DNA of 33,822 bases from a virus, in IMG/VR virus record IMGVR_UViG_3300003320_000969, positions 1 to 33,822 of that record. The stretch is one strand, 5' to 3'. The notes beneath the pieces are model-generated. The model was not told where the DNA came from, did no database searches, and saw only the letters and a list, made by a program, of their open reading frames with translations. Below, one piece after another: positions 15,573 to 23,677 of the stretch. Position numbers and translations under genes: made by a program. How positions within the stretch are numbered: the stretch's first letter is position 1; each line of letters begins with the position of its first letter.

Positions 15573-16025
15573 TTATTCTAAAAAATCTGGACGATAACAC
15601 CAGTGAGTGATTTTTGCCGTTTCTTCATACTCTTTTAATTCAGCGGGCAAAATCCATTTCCATTTTTCCGGGCTATATATTGCTGTAGAATAAAAATCTG
15701 TGCCTTCGTCATATCTTTCATCGACACATCTTACAATTACCCATTCAGAGTAAGTCCCTGGCAAATAGTCTTTAACACTGATCCATTTTGAAATTTTTGT
15801 CATGTATGCAATTTCTTTACCAGTTCTTTCATAAACAACTTCTTCAATGTTATCTATTTTTTCATTGAGTTTTTCTTCAAGGTCGCCTAGACATCCCATA
15901 AAACCATTTCCTTCGTCCATGTCAGCCTTGAATTGTTTAACCTTAATTTCTAAATCTAATCTGGCAACAGCTCCTTCTAACTTCGCAACACGCTTTGCTA
16001 AATTATTAAAATCTTCATCAATCAT
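15573..16025 (-). CDS. Protein with an N-terminal coiled coil and a DUF551-like C-terminal domain, 150 aa
   Basis: ISKWISVKDYLPGTYSEWVIV ... ITHWCYRPDF matches the DUF551 pattern. It is the last gene of the long leftward accessory operon. Confidence 0.65.
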   Translation of the reverse strand: MIDEDFNNLAKRVAKLEGAVARLDLEIKVKQFKADMDEGNGFMGCLGDLEEKLNEKIDNIEEVVYERTGKEIAYMTKISKWISVKDYLPGTYSEWVIVRCVDERYDEGTDFYSTAIYSPEKWKWILPAELKEYEETAKITHWCYRPDFLE

Positions 16026-16076
16026 ACTGTATCTTCTTTTGTTAAAAAACCTATGTTTTTGTCATCAATGATTTAT

Positions 16077-16367
16077 CTAATCAAAATAATGTTGATCGGA
16101 AATATAAGGCAGCATTCCTTTAGCAACACTGGATAGTGTATCGACACATAAAAAATACTTTTTATCTCCGGGGTATGCTTCATTTTCGACGTTTTTTAAA
16201 AAATGATAGGTTGCCGCAGCGACAAGATTTGAAATAGTAAGATTTGTCATAGAAAACAAATTTCCTATCGGGATTTCTTTGTTTTCATCCCAATACTTTT
16301 TTATTTCATTTGATAATATACGGCATAACTCATCCGCCTTTTTTGTCAGTTCTTCGTCACTCAGCAT
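16077..16367 (-). CDS. Small hypothetical protein, paralog family member 1, 96 aa
   Basis: By eye roughly half of the residues are identical to 16405..16695. Shared blocks are YWDENKEIP, ISNL, YHFL.N.E.E.YPGD.KYF.CVD and VAK.MLP. Confidence 0.7.
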   Translation of the reverse strand: MLSDEELTKKADELCRILSNEIKKYWDENKEIPIGNLFSMTNLTISNLVAAATYHFLKNVENEAYPGDKKYFLCVDTLSSVAKGMLPYISDQHYFD

Positions 16368-16404
16368 TTTATATACTCCTTTTACCTACAATAAATTTCG
16401 TGTT

Positions 16405-16695
16405 CTATGTTTTTAAATTACCGGAAATATAAAATGGTAACATGTCTTTAGCAACTCTGCACATATCATCCACACATGCGAAATACTTGTTATCTCCCGG
16501 ATAGTCTTCATGTTCGGCATTTTCTAAAAAATGATAGATTATCGTCGCGATAAGATTTGAAATAGCGACGTGGATAATAGGAAAATAATCTTCCAGAGGT
16601 ATTTCTTTGTTTTCATCCCAGTAATTGTGTATTTCTTTTAATAGTATGCGGAATAACTCAGATGTCTTTTCCCCATATTTTTTTTTACTCATCAT
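16405..16695 (-). CDS. Small hypothetical protein, paralog family member 2, 96 aa
   Basis: Tandem duplicate of 16077..16367 (see shared blocks there). Similarity is also visible at the nucleotide level, for example aaaaaatgatag and agatttgaaatag. Confidence 0.7.
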   Translation of the reverse strand: MMSKKKYGEKTSELFRILLKEIHNYWDENKEIPLEDYFPIIHVAISNLIATIIYHFLENAEHEDYPGDNKYFACVDDMCRVAKDMLPFYISGNLKT

Positions 16696-16903
16696 GCATA
16701 GTTTCCTCTTTCATTAAAACGCCTATTGTTTCATTATCAACATTAGTATCTGATTCTAAATCATGTAGAGTTCTAATATGCGCAATAGCTCCACGTATTA
16801 AAGTCCGCGTCGGTGAAGCTTTTTGATAAAGAGAGCTTATTCCATTTAATTTATTTAATACATCCTGTAGCATTTCAAGTCTATGTTTTTTTAATTCATT
16901 CAT
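16685..16903 (-). CDS. Hypothetical protein, 72 aa
   Basis: The ORF overlaps the downstream gene start by 11 nt. No motif recognised. Confidence 0.5.
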   Translation of the reverse strand: MNELKKHRLEMLQDVLNKLNGISSLYQKASPTRTLIRGAIAHIRTLHDLESDTNVDNETIGVLMKEETMHDE

Positions 16904-16942
16904 TATAGGATACCTTTACCGTAAGAAATACCGGAACAATTA

Positions 16943-17239
16943 TTATTTAATAAAATGGAATAAAGTTTGAAGACCGCCTAAGATTGTGACAGCAAAAAAA
17001 ATCATTCCGCCAATGGACTTATACATACGAATTTCTAATTTATTTAATTCATTTTTTAGGTCATTTTTAGTTGATATTTCTAATGCCTTTAGATCTGATT
17101 TTGTGGCTAGTTGATTCGTTGTGAGTTCACTTAAAATCTCACTAATAGCCTCTGCTTGTGTTTCAGCTGCTTTTGGCTCTACTCCTGCGTTCTTAAGTTT
17201 GTTGGCAAACGCCAATGTATCAAACGTTATTGCTGTCAT
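16943..17239 (-). CDS. DUF1640-like coiled-coil protein with a C-terminal TM segment, 98 aa
   Basis: ITFDTLAFANKLKNAGVEPKAAETQAEAISEIL...LATKSDLKALE matches the DUF1640 pattern. The TM tail is IGGMIFFAVTILGGLQTLFHFI. The start is taken at the internal ATG at 17239 (MTAITFDT). Confidence 0.6.
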   Translation of the reverse strand: MTAITFDTLAFANKLKNAGVEPKAAETQAEAISEILSELTTNQLATKSDLKALEISTKNDLKNELNKLEIRMYKSIGGMIFFAVTILGGLQTLFHFIK

Positions 17240-17282
17240 TTTTACAATCTCTTTATTGTATATATGTATTATCACAAATTAA

Positions 17283-17552
17283 TTAGTTTTCAGAAATAAT
17301 AATTTCCAGTTGACTTTTAGTAAGCTTGCATATTTTATCAACCAAAGCAAAATGATTTTCAGTGAATTTCGGTGTTTTTTTAAAGCAATTATAGATTAAT
17401 TCAGCAGTAAATATTGAAATAGCGGTGCTGATTATCAAGTACACCTGTAATATATGCATTTCTTGGTTTTTATCCATAAACTTTTTTGATTCCTCTGTTA
17501 GAACCCTATGGAAATCAATAGCTTTATCTATCATTTTTTCTTCATCAATCAT
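17283..17552 (-). CDS. Small hypothetical protein, a distant third member of the 16077/16405 paralog family, 89 aa
   Basis: It has the same length class and layout. AIDFHRVLTEESKKFMDKNQEM...ISTAISIFTAELIYNCFKK...HFALVDKICKLTK aligns with ELCRILSNEIKKYWDENKEI...TISNLVAAATYHFLKN...YFLCVDTLSSVAK. Confidence 0.55.
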   Translation of the reverse strand: MIDEEKMIDKAIDFHRVLTEESKKFMDKNQEMHILQVYLIISTAISIFTAELIYNCFKKTPKFTENHFALVDKICKLTKSQLEIIISEN

Positions 17553-17610
17553 GCTTTATACTCTCTTTATTGCATATATCTTATATTATAGGTCAATCAT
17601 TAAAAACACA

Positions 17611-17790
17611 TTAAATTCTTATGCCAAATTTTTTAAAAAACCGCTTTACTTTATAATACATCTTTTGCGTTTCTAACTGCTCATGGATAGCATGAATGAT
17701 AAAACAATATACAGCGTGATGATCATTCAAACAAAATTCATTTATTTTCATCATGGTTTCATCTTCTATTTTTATCGTTATTTCGTACAT
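17611..17790 (-). CDS. Small hypothetical protein, 59 aa, below the ORF-track cutoff (possible ribbon-helix-helix-like protein)
   Basis: Hand translation gives MYEITIKIEDETMMKINEFCLNDHHAVYCFIIHAIHEQLETQKMYYKVKRFFKKFGIRI. A strong AAGGAAGAG RBS lies directly upstream. Confidence 0.5.
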   Translation of the reverse strand: MYEITIKIEDETMMKINEFCLNDHHAVYCFIIHAIHEQLETQKMYYKVKRFFKKFGIRI

Positions 17791-17815
17791 TTCTCTTCCT
17801 TACGTATAAATTAGG

Positions 17816-18097
17816 CTATAATGAATCTAAAGAGTCTAAAGAGTCTAAAGGTTCATCGGAAAATAACCCATCATTGCATGCTAATTTACTCATATTTTCT
17901 TCCCTTAATTTAACAAATTCTTTGTATTCAATATTAGACATTTTTTCAAGAATTTTTGTTGTTTCTGACTCAATACAATCAAATATAAAATCAGAAACTT
18001 CGGCAGCATTGTTATTAAATAGAGCTAATAAAGCTTGGTATGAGCCATCATTAATAGTAACTACCAACTGGTTGGTTTCAGTTGTAATGTTTATCAT
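17816..18097 (-). CDS. Acidic hypothetical protein, 93 aa, ending in three LDS repeats
   Basis: The ORF overlaps the upstream stop by 4 nt. The C-terminus PLDSLDSLDSL is encoded by the 9-bp tandem repeat. Confidence 0.55.
   Translation of the reverse strand: MINITTETNQLVVTINDGSYQALLALFNNNAAEVSDFIFDCIESETTKILEKMSNIEYKEFVKLREENMSKLACNDGLFSDEPLDSLDSLDSL
17823..17849. repeat. Three tandem copies of a 9-bp unit (gaatctaaa gagtctaaa gagtctaaa)
   Basis: Read directly. It lies within the 3' end of 17816..18097. Confidence 0.9.
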
Positions 18098-18384
18098 AGA
18101 CCATCTTCTTTTTTGATTATGACGTTTAGTAGATCTTGAAAATCAGCTTTTTGAGCATAAAGAATAATCAAGCTCAGTACTTTACTACAATTGAGCTTAA
18201 TTTCATAATTCTTATTAAGATATTCTGTCAAATTGTTTAAATAAATACTGATGTCTTCTTGAAGCGAAAAGCATCTGTTAACGCTTTTTTTGTGTATTAA
18301 CCCAAGTTTTTTCTTGATACCGTCTTCTTTTTGTGTAGGGATATTTTTTATAGACATTTGTTCAGCGTTGGTTAGTTTAGACAT
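18094..18384 (-). CDS. Putative partition adaptor / centromere-binding protein, the small partner of ParA (type Ib-like), 96 aa
   Basis: The call rests on position only. The start overlaps the parA stop by 13 nt, the protein is small and basic (KKKLGLIHKKSVNR), and no ParB HTH motif was recognised. Confidence 0.4.
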   Translation of the reverse strand: MSKLTNAEQMSIKNIPTQKEDGIKKKLGLIHKKSVNRCFSLQEDISIYLNNLTEYLNKNYEIKLNCSKVLSLIILYAQKADFQDLLNVIIKKEDGL

Positions 18385-19142
18385 AATATTTCCTCCGTTA
18401 GGCTAAATAAATCATTTGTTCCTTTACAGCTTTTATTGTACTTATAAACAGGCATATTCCTTATCTTAGCTTGATTAATATGTTCATCTTGACGAATAAT
18501 TGTTTCTAAGACATGACCTTCCTTGTATAAATCATTTAGATTGTTTTCTATATACTCATTGGTTATAGATTTTCGAATATCTTTTTTGTTTCTTACAATT
18601 TTAAATATGTACTTATCAAACTCTTTCACTTCATTAATAACATGAAATAAATCGCTTATACCCTGGATAGAATCTTTTTCATAAGTAACCGGTATTAAAA
18701 TAATATCCGCACAATAAATAGCATTTATGGTTAATTCACCAAGTGTTGGGCAACAATCAATTACGCAATAATCTAAAGGCTCCTCTATCTTAGATAAAAT
18801 ATTGTACAAGTAAGTTTCTCTTTTTATTGCATTAGCTAGATGCCTTTGTGCCATCGCTAAATGAATATCAGCGGGTATTAGCATCAAATTATTTCCAATA
18901 TGGAATATGGCGTTTTTTATCATATGGGTAACTGTTTTCGATCTAGCCATTTGAAGCACGCTGCTCATAAATAATTGCGAAGGTTCAAATTCATGGACTA
19001 AGCCATGGCTCGCATTTGCACTGGGGTCAAAGTCTATTAAAAGTGTTCGTTTGCTTTTCCACGACAGAAAATAGGCCAAATTATAAGCAATCGATGTTTT
19101 TCCTACGCCGCCTTTTTGATTAATAACCGCTATTTTTTTCAT
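18372..19142 (-). CDS. parA: ParA/Soj-family partition ATPase, 256 aa
   Basis: The deviant Walker A is MKKIAVINQKGGVGKTSIAYNLA. Other motifs are LLIDFDPSANAS and YCVIDCCPTLG (Walker B region). Confidence 0.85.
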   Translation of the reverse strand: MKKIAVINQKGGVGKTSIAYNLAYFLSWKSKRTLLIDFDPSANASHGLVHEFEPSQLFMSSVLQMARSKTVTHMIKNAIFHIGNNLMLIPADIHLAMAQRHLANAIKRETYLYNILSKIEEPLDYCVIDCCPTLGELTINAIYCADIILIPVTYEKDSIQGISDLFHVINEVKEFDKYIFKIVRNKKDIRKSITNEYIENNLNDLYKEGHVLETIIRQDEHINQAKIRNMPVYKYNKSCKGTNDLFSLTEEILCLN

Positions 19143-19144
19143 GA

Positions 19145-19576
19145 TTAATGCACCACAGGATTATTAGGCAAAACATATTTGTTAACAAAAACTTCGCTAA
19201 GCGTTATTATTAACGATATGATGTCTTCTGCAGACATTTCATGTGTGTTAACTGTTTTCACTAAATTTTTCTGAGTACGCTTTTTTCTTTTAATGTTAAT
19301 AAATTCTTCCAACATCTTTATTTTTTCTTTTTTTATACAGGTTTCATCTTCTAACGTTACATTCTTAATGCCGTATTTTTTGATTTTTATATTTATAATT
19401 GTTGCCGCTGTTATCATTTCATAAATATTATCTTGAAACGAAGAAAATATATTACATAAATCAATTTCCGCCATGCACAAATTTCTTTTTAGGTCAAAGA
19501 ATTGATGTATTTTTTTCATGGTTTCTTCGTATTGTTGCTGCATATCGGCTTCAATATCTGGTTCAATCTTTTGCAT
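19145..19576 (-). CDS. Hypothetical protein, 143 aa, first gene of the parA operon
   Basis: The ORF ends 2 nt before the parA start. No motif recognised. Confidence 0.55.
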   Translation of the reverse strand: MQKIEPDIEADMQQQYEETMKKIHQFFDLKRNLCMAEIDLCNIFSSFQDNIYEMITAATIINIKIKKYGIKNVTLEDETCIKKEKIKMLEEFINIKRKKRTQKNLVKTVNTHEMSAEDIISLIITLSEVFVNKYVLPNNPVVH

Positions 19577-19674
19577 ATTTAACCCTTGATTTATAGAAAG
19601 GCTATATAATAATATTAATTTATATTATTTTGCAATAATATTTATTATTTTTTATTAAAAAATATTATTTTATA

Positions 19675-19703
19675 TTGACATTTATAGAAGAACAGCTAAT
19701 AAT
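19675..19703 (+). promoter_or_regulatory. Predicted sigma70-type promoter for the Zn-ribbon / terS / relBE unit
   Basis: TTGACA (19675-19680), 17-nt spacer, AATAAT (19698-19703). An AAAGGA RBS precedes the ATG at 19736. Confidence 0.5.
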
Positions 19704-19735
19704 TTGATGTTTTTCTTTAATAAAAGGATTTTTTT

Positions 19736-19954
19736 ATGACAGAAGTTATTGTTTGTCCTTCTTGCAGAGGGCAAAAAGTTATTTTAGGGCTTGGAATGAT
19801 GGAGCAAGATTGTATAAAATGCGATGGAATAGGATATTGTGAAATAGAAAAGAAACCGAATAAAGCATCCCCGTTTCATTCAATGAATAATCCAGAAGAA
19901 GAATTGCATATTAAAAGACGCGGGCGTCCAAAAAGAATAAAAAACAATGATTAA
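19736..19954 (+). CDS. Small zinc-ribbon protein with an AT-hook-like basic tail, 72 aa
   Basis: CPSCRGQKV ... CIKCDGIGYC is a DnaJ-type CxxCxGxG pair. The tail KRRGRPKRIK has a GRP AT-hook core. Confidence 0.65.
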   Translation: MTEVIVCPSCRGQKVILGLGMMEQDCIKCDGIGYCEIEKKPNKASPFHSMNNPEEELHIKRRGRPKRIKNND

Positions 19955-20408
19955 AAAGAATTTAGATACCGCTTTAGACATCTTAGACAAGATCCCAGAA
20001 ACATCTCGGCCCATAAAAAAAAGGCACCATGTTTTTTGTGCAGTGTATGCGAGAAGCGGGGATGGTTTAGAAGCGATGAGGGAAGCTGGTTATCCACAGA
20101 CCAGTATTACTTTCCCCAATTTAGCAAGGCTATTAAATAAAAATTATATCCAAGAAGAAGTTGCCAAGCACCGTGAACGGCTTTCAAAGCTTAATACGTT
20201 AACCTATGAATATAAATTGTCAAAACTAGCCGATGGTATTGATTATTATTGTGATAAAAAAGAGTACATATTCGCTGCCAAATTAATAGAAATAGCTAAC
20301 AAAATGCAAGGCCATAATGCGCCTGATAAGCACTTAAATGTTAATGCAGCAGTCAGCTTTGACAAGATTAAGAAAAAATTAGAAGAATTAGAATATAAAG
20401 AATACTGA
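19947..20408 (+). CDS. terS: Terminase small subunit (Terminase_2-like)
   Basis: HVFCAVYARSGDGLEAMREAGYPQTS ... ARLLNKNYIQEEV matches the pattern F...Y...gn...A...AGY.....a.....LL.n..v. The size is 153 aa. Confidence 0.65.
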   Translation: MIKKNLDTALDILDKIPETSRPIKKRHHVFCAVYARSGDGLEAMREAGYPQTSITFPNLARLLNKNYIQEEVAKHRERLSKLNTLTYEYKLSKLADGIDYYCDKKEYIFAAKLIEIANKMQGHNAPDKHLNVNAAVSFDKIKKKLEELEYKEY

Positions 20409-20430
20409 TCGTGGCTATTTTGTGATATAC

Positions 20431-20450
20431 TTGTATTACATGTAATACAA
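20431..20450. promoter_or_regulatory. Perfect 20-bp palindrome, the likely operator of the relBE module
   Basis: TTGTATTACA|TGTAATACAA ends 2 nt before the antitoxin ATG. Confidence 0.55.
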
Positions 20451-20452
20451 AA

Positions 20453-20677
20453 ATGGTTATAAATATGATATCAATTAGATTGCCTTCTGAAATTGAAGAA
20501 AGGCTAAATAATCTCGCAAAGAAAACCGGCCGTACAAAGACTTTTTATGTAAAAGAAGCCGTCGTCAATCATTTAGAAGACTTAGAGGATATCTATGACG
20601 CTTTAGAAAGGCTTTCTAAGCCAGAAAAGTTATGGACGTTACAAGAAATAAGCAGAAGTATTAATGTGGCAGATTAA
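20453..20677 (+). CDS. relB: RelB/ParD-type ribbon-helix-helix antitoxin
   Basis: ISIRLPSEIEERLNNLAKKTGRTKTFYVKEAV is a typical RHH N-terminus. The gene overlaps the toxin gene by 14 nt. The start could alternatively be the ATG at 20465. Confidence 0.8.
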   Translation: MVINMISIRLPSEIEERLNNLAKKTGRTKTFYVKEAVVNHLEDLEDIYDALERLSKPEKLWTLQEISRSINVAD

Positions 20678-20927
20678 TTGGACTGACTCAGCTAAAAAAG
20701 ATTTTAAGAAGTTAGATTCTAAGCTTCAAAAAGATATAATAAAATATTTAAAAGATCGCATTGTCAAAAGTGATGACCCGCGCCAATTTGGAAAACCGTT
20801 ATCCTATGATAAATATGGGTTATGGTGCTATCGGGTGCAAAAAGCTAGAATTATTTGTTGTATTGAAGATGATGCGCTTATTGTTATTGTTGTTAAAGTT
20901 GGGTATAGGAAAGATGTCGATATATAA
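20664..20927 (+). CDS. relE: RelE/ParE-superfamily toxin
   Basis: WQINWTDSAKKDFKKLDSKLQKDIIKYL ... GLWCYRVQKARIICCIEDDALIVIVVKVGYRKDV matches the family pattern. The size is 87 aa. Confidence 0.8.
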   Translation: MWQINWTDSAKKDFKKLDSKLQKDIIKYLKDRIVKSDDPRQFGKPLSYDKYGLWCYRVQKARIICCIEDDALIVIVVKVGYRKDVDI

Positions 20928-20956
20928 TAAATATTTGCAGAATGCTAAGGATAGAA

Positions 20957-21067
20957 ATGAAAAAATTAATACTTATTAAAATATCAATGTATATTTTTTG
21001 GTTTATTATTCTGGCATATTTTTATATGTTTTTTTCGATACTAATCAATTATAGTTTAAAGTTTTAA
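20957..21067 (+). CDS. Candidate 36-aa hydrophobic peptide directly downstream of relE
   Basis: Hand translation gives MKKLILIKISMYIFWFIILAYFYMFFSILINYSLKF. AAGGA (20947-20951) lies 5 nt before the ATG, and the TAA stop is at 21065-21067. Confidence 0.3.
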   Translation: MKKLILIKISMYIFWFIILAYFYMFFSILINYSLKF

Positions 21068-21097
21068 ATTGATTTTAAAGGTTTAAGCTGAGAAATT

Positions 21098-21253
21098 TTA
21101 TAAGGCGCATTCATTTTCGCGCATCATTTCTTTTATATTGTCAATATCTTTTTTTAATTGGAAATAATATTCTTCGATTTCATTAATCCTTTCCATTAAA
21201 ACATTGAAATGCTTAAGCATCAGCAAATAAGTAGTATCGTCCTTGGTTTTCAT
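21098..21253 (-). CDS. Small coiled-coil protein, 51 aa, below the track cutoff; last gene of the terL-portal unit
   Basis: Hand translation gives MKTKDDTTYLLMLKHFNVLMERINEIEEYYFQLKKDIDNIKEMMRENECAL. An AGGA RBS lies about 8 nt upstream. Confidence 0.45.
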   Translation of the reverse strand: MKTKDDTTYLLMLKHFNVLMERINEIEEYYFQLKKDIDNIKEMMRENECAL

Positions 21254-21274
21254 TCTTAATCCTGTTTGTAAAAT

Positions 21275-21484
21275 TTACTTTTTCTTTTTAAGAACTTTAT
21301 TTGCTTTAGCATCAATCTTGGCTTTTGCACTTTCGCTAAGCTTTCCTTTTTTTACCATCTGTGTTGCACGGGCTTTAGCATTGGCAGCTCTTGCAGGAGT
21401 ATCTACCGGGTACTTTCTTTCTGCTGGTAAAGCAAATTCTGATTTAGGCAGCGCATTTCTACGTTTTGTTGTTATTTTTGCCAT
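21275..21484 (-). CDS. Small basic conserved phage protein, 69 aa
   Basis: MAKITTKRRNALPKSEFALPAERKYPVDTPARAANAKARATQ resembles the recurrent phage motif LP.s.FA.p..R.yPi.d..h.rnA.ar. A perfect AAGGAG lies 7 nt before the ATG at 21484, so the start at 21508 in the track is too long. Confidence 0.6.
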   Translation of the reverse strand: MAKITTKRRNALPKSEFALPAERKYPVDTPARAANAKARATQMVKKGKLSESAKAKIDAKANKVLKKKK

Positions 21485-21488
21485 ATTA

Positions 21489-23630
21489 TTACTCCTTAAT
21501 ATTTTCAATTGCTTCTTTTGTTAAACGATGCGCAAGCTCTGTTGATTCATTAATATGTCTATGGCGCATATCAATGGTTTTCATTGCTAAATCTACGGCT
21601 GCTCTTGCTCTTTCGGCATCTGCCTTATCTAATTTAACCATGTCATCAAGTTCTTGGCCTTGGACTTGTGCAGTGGCTTTAACAGTATCGTTATCGGCCT
21701 TTTGTTTTTCAACGCTAAGCTTCCCTAATTCTAAATTATGTTGTGCTTGAGACATTTGAATTTCATTGACGGTCTTGAGCCGATTTGTTTGAGCATTTAT
21801 CATAGCAGGATTATTTTGCATAGCAAGTTGTTGTTGCTGCATGGCCATTTGTTGTTGTTGCGCTTGTTTTTGCATAAACATTTGCGCGCGTTCTTTAAGT
21901 GCATCTACGCCGCGTACTTCAAAGTTATCAAGAATGATGTCAAGTCCTTCGGCATTAATGAATTGCGAGAAAATCTGAGAAGATTGACTCATGGCTATAA
22001 TTTGGTTTAATGCCCTGGATTTTTGTATGCCAAAGCTTACGCCTGCTTCAACTTTAACTTTAAATGCATTACTATCATAATTTAAGTCGATCGATTCAGG
22101 ATGATTTGGATCATTAATGCGCTGGTATTTTCGATTGCCTTCTGGCGTAATAATCGGCAATGTTCTTGGCGTAATATAATACTTTGGAATTAAGTCAACA
22201 ATAATGTTGGCAAGCTGCGTTAAAGAAGTCATCAAATTTACAACGTAAGGCATTGCTGAAGCGTTGGATTGTGTTGCGCCTTCAACAATGGCTACCCCTG
22301 ATAATTGATTATCATTAATTCCAAGGGCTGCATCATAAGCCCCCAAAATAGTTTGCATAAGACTAGAGCCATTTAAGAATGATTGCATGAGCTCTGGAGG
22401 TGCTCCTACACGTGGTATTTCTTGAGGAGGGGGCACAGGTTGCGTAGGGTCATTATCATTAAAAGCTTTATAAACAAGTGTATTGGCTATCTGGACATTT
22501 GTATAAGCGCTTAAATATTCTGGCTCATCCGGTAAAGATTCTTTAGCAACTTTAAATTTGTGCTGGATCATGTTCTCGATTTCATTACAGATGGTTTGTC
22601 CGGCAAAGTTAATCATTTTTTGGATACCCTTAGCATGGTAGGCATATGGTCTAGTTTTTTGTTCGGTTTTACCACCCATGTCCTCTTGTACAAATACAGA
22701 GTTACCGTCTACAAATATCAACGGAAGGTATTTATAATCCGTTTCTACAAATTCTAAAATTTGATTTTCCACAAACCGATAACGATAAATGATTTCATTT
22801 TCTGTATCTCTTGGTTTTCCTTTTATTTCGGGCGGTGCTTGTAAAATGCCAGATTGTTCCCATTTTTCTAAAAACTTTTTGTATGCATCCATTCGCATTA
22901 TCTGACCGTCCGTGAGTTGGACAATTTTAAATTTCTTTTTCTTTTTATAATAAAAATCGCAAACTAATATAACGTCTTTTTTACCGTCATTATATTGCCA
23001 GTTGAATGAACTTAAATAATTAGAACCACCTAAATTTTCTACTTTTACATCAGGGTATTTTCTTTTAAATTCATTTTTATAAATCGGAAATATTTCATAG
23101 CAATAAGCGCCATCCGCTTTATGCGGATCTCGGGCTAACGGATCAAATCCGCATAAATTCGGGTCAAAAGTTCTTTTCCACTTAATAACTTGATTAAAGC
23201 TCATTTCATGGGCATATTCAGTCCAGATTTTCCAAACACTAAATCCGCCGCCTAGAGTGTCTGTATAAGTATTAAACATAGTGCCGTTTTTTTGAGCTTC
23301 GTAAATGATATGCCTAATATGGTTTTCTACAGCTTTAATGACTTGTGGATCGACTTGAGCGCCATCATCGGATTCTGTGGTAATTGCAGGTTCTTGCTTA
23401 GAAAACTCACCCCGTAAGCGGCTAATGTAAGCTTCAATAATATTAAATTCTATTTCGGGTTTATTTAATGCGGTCAATACGGTTTTATCGGTTCCGGTAA
23501 GTGCCGTATCAAATACAAATTTATTATATTCCGCAAATGTTCTATAGTTACCTTCAAAATATTGATAGCTATCAACAACACATTCTTTCAGATAAGAAAG
23601 CATATCTGTATGCTTTTTTGCAATTTCCAT
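21489..23630 (-). CDS. Portal protein, P22 gp1-like, 713 aa
   Basis: The size is close to the roughly 725 aa of P22 gp1 and the gene lies directly downstream of terL. The long C-terminal Gln-rich helical extension (MFMQKQAQQQQMAMQQQQLAMQNNPAMINAQ..., about 130 aa) is reminiscent of the P22 portal barrel. Confidence 0.75.
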   Translation of the reverse strand: MEIAKKHTDMLSYLKECVVDSYQYFEGNYRTFAEYNKFVFDTALTGTDKTVLTALNKPEIEFNIIEAYISRLRGEFSKQEPAITTESDDGAQVDPQVIKAVENHIRHIIYEAQKNGTMFNTYTDTLGGGFSVWKIWTEYAHEMSFNQVIKWKRTFDPNLCGFDPLARDPHKADGAYCYEIFPIYKNEFKRKYPDVKVENLGGSNYLSSFNWQYNDGKKDVILVCDFYYKKKKKFKIVQLTDGQIMRMDAYKKFLEKWEQSGILQAPPEIKGKPRDTENEIIYRYRFVENQILEFVETDYKYLPLIFVDGNSVFVQEDMGGKTEQKTRPYAYHAKGIQKMINFAGQTICNEIENMIQHKFKVAKESLPDEPEYLSAYTNVQIANTLVYKAFNDNDPTQPVPPPQEIPRVGAPPELMQSFLNGSSLMQTILGAYDAALGINDNQLSGVAIVEGATQSNASAMPYVVNLMTSLTQLANIIVDLIPKYYITPRTLPIITPEGNRKYQRINDPNHPESIDLNYDSNAFKVKVEAGVSFGIQKSRALNQIIAMSQSSQIFSQFINAEGLDIILDNFEVRGVDALKERAQMFMQKQAQQQQMAMQQQQLAMQNNPAMINAQTNRLKTVNEIQMSQAQHNLELGKLSVEKQKADNDTVKATAQVQGQELDDMVKLDKADAERARAAVDLAMKTIDMRHRHINESTELAHRLTKEAIENIKE

Positions 23631-23677
23631 ATTATATCCTTGCCATCCTTGGCTCTAGATTAATGAATTCAGTTGTG

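Noticed and set aside
17823-17849. Three 9-bp tandem repeats as a partition site downstream of the par genes
   Set aside because: The repeat is short, lies inside a coding region, and is fully explained as encoding the LDSLDSLDSL tail. There is no additional evidence for a cis-acting role, so I kept it only as a repeat feature.
21243-21750. + strand ORFs 21243..21524 and 21466..21750
   Set aside because: They are antisense to the 69-aa gene and to the portal 3' end. Their Leu/Phe/Ser-rich composition is typical of shadow ORFs opposite Lys/Glu/Ala-rich genes.
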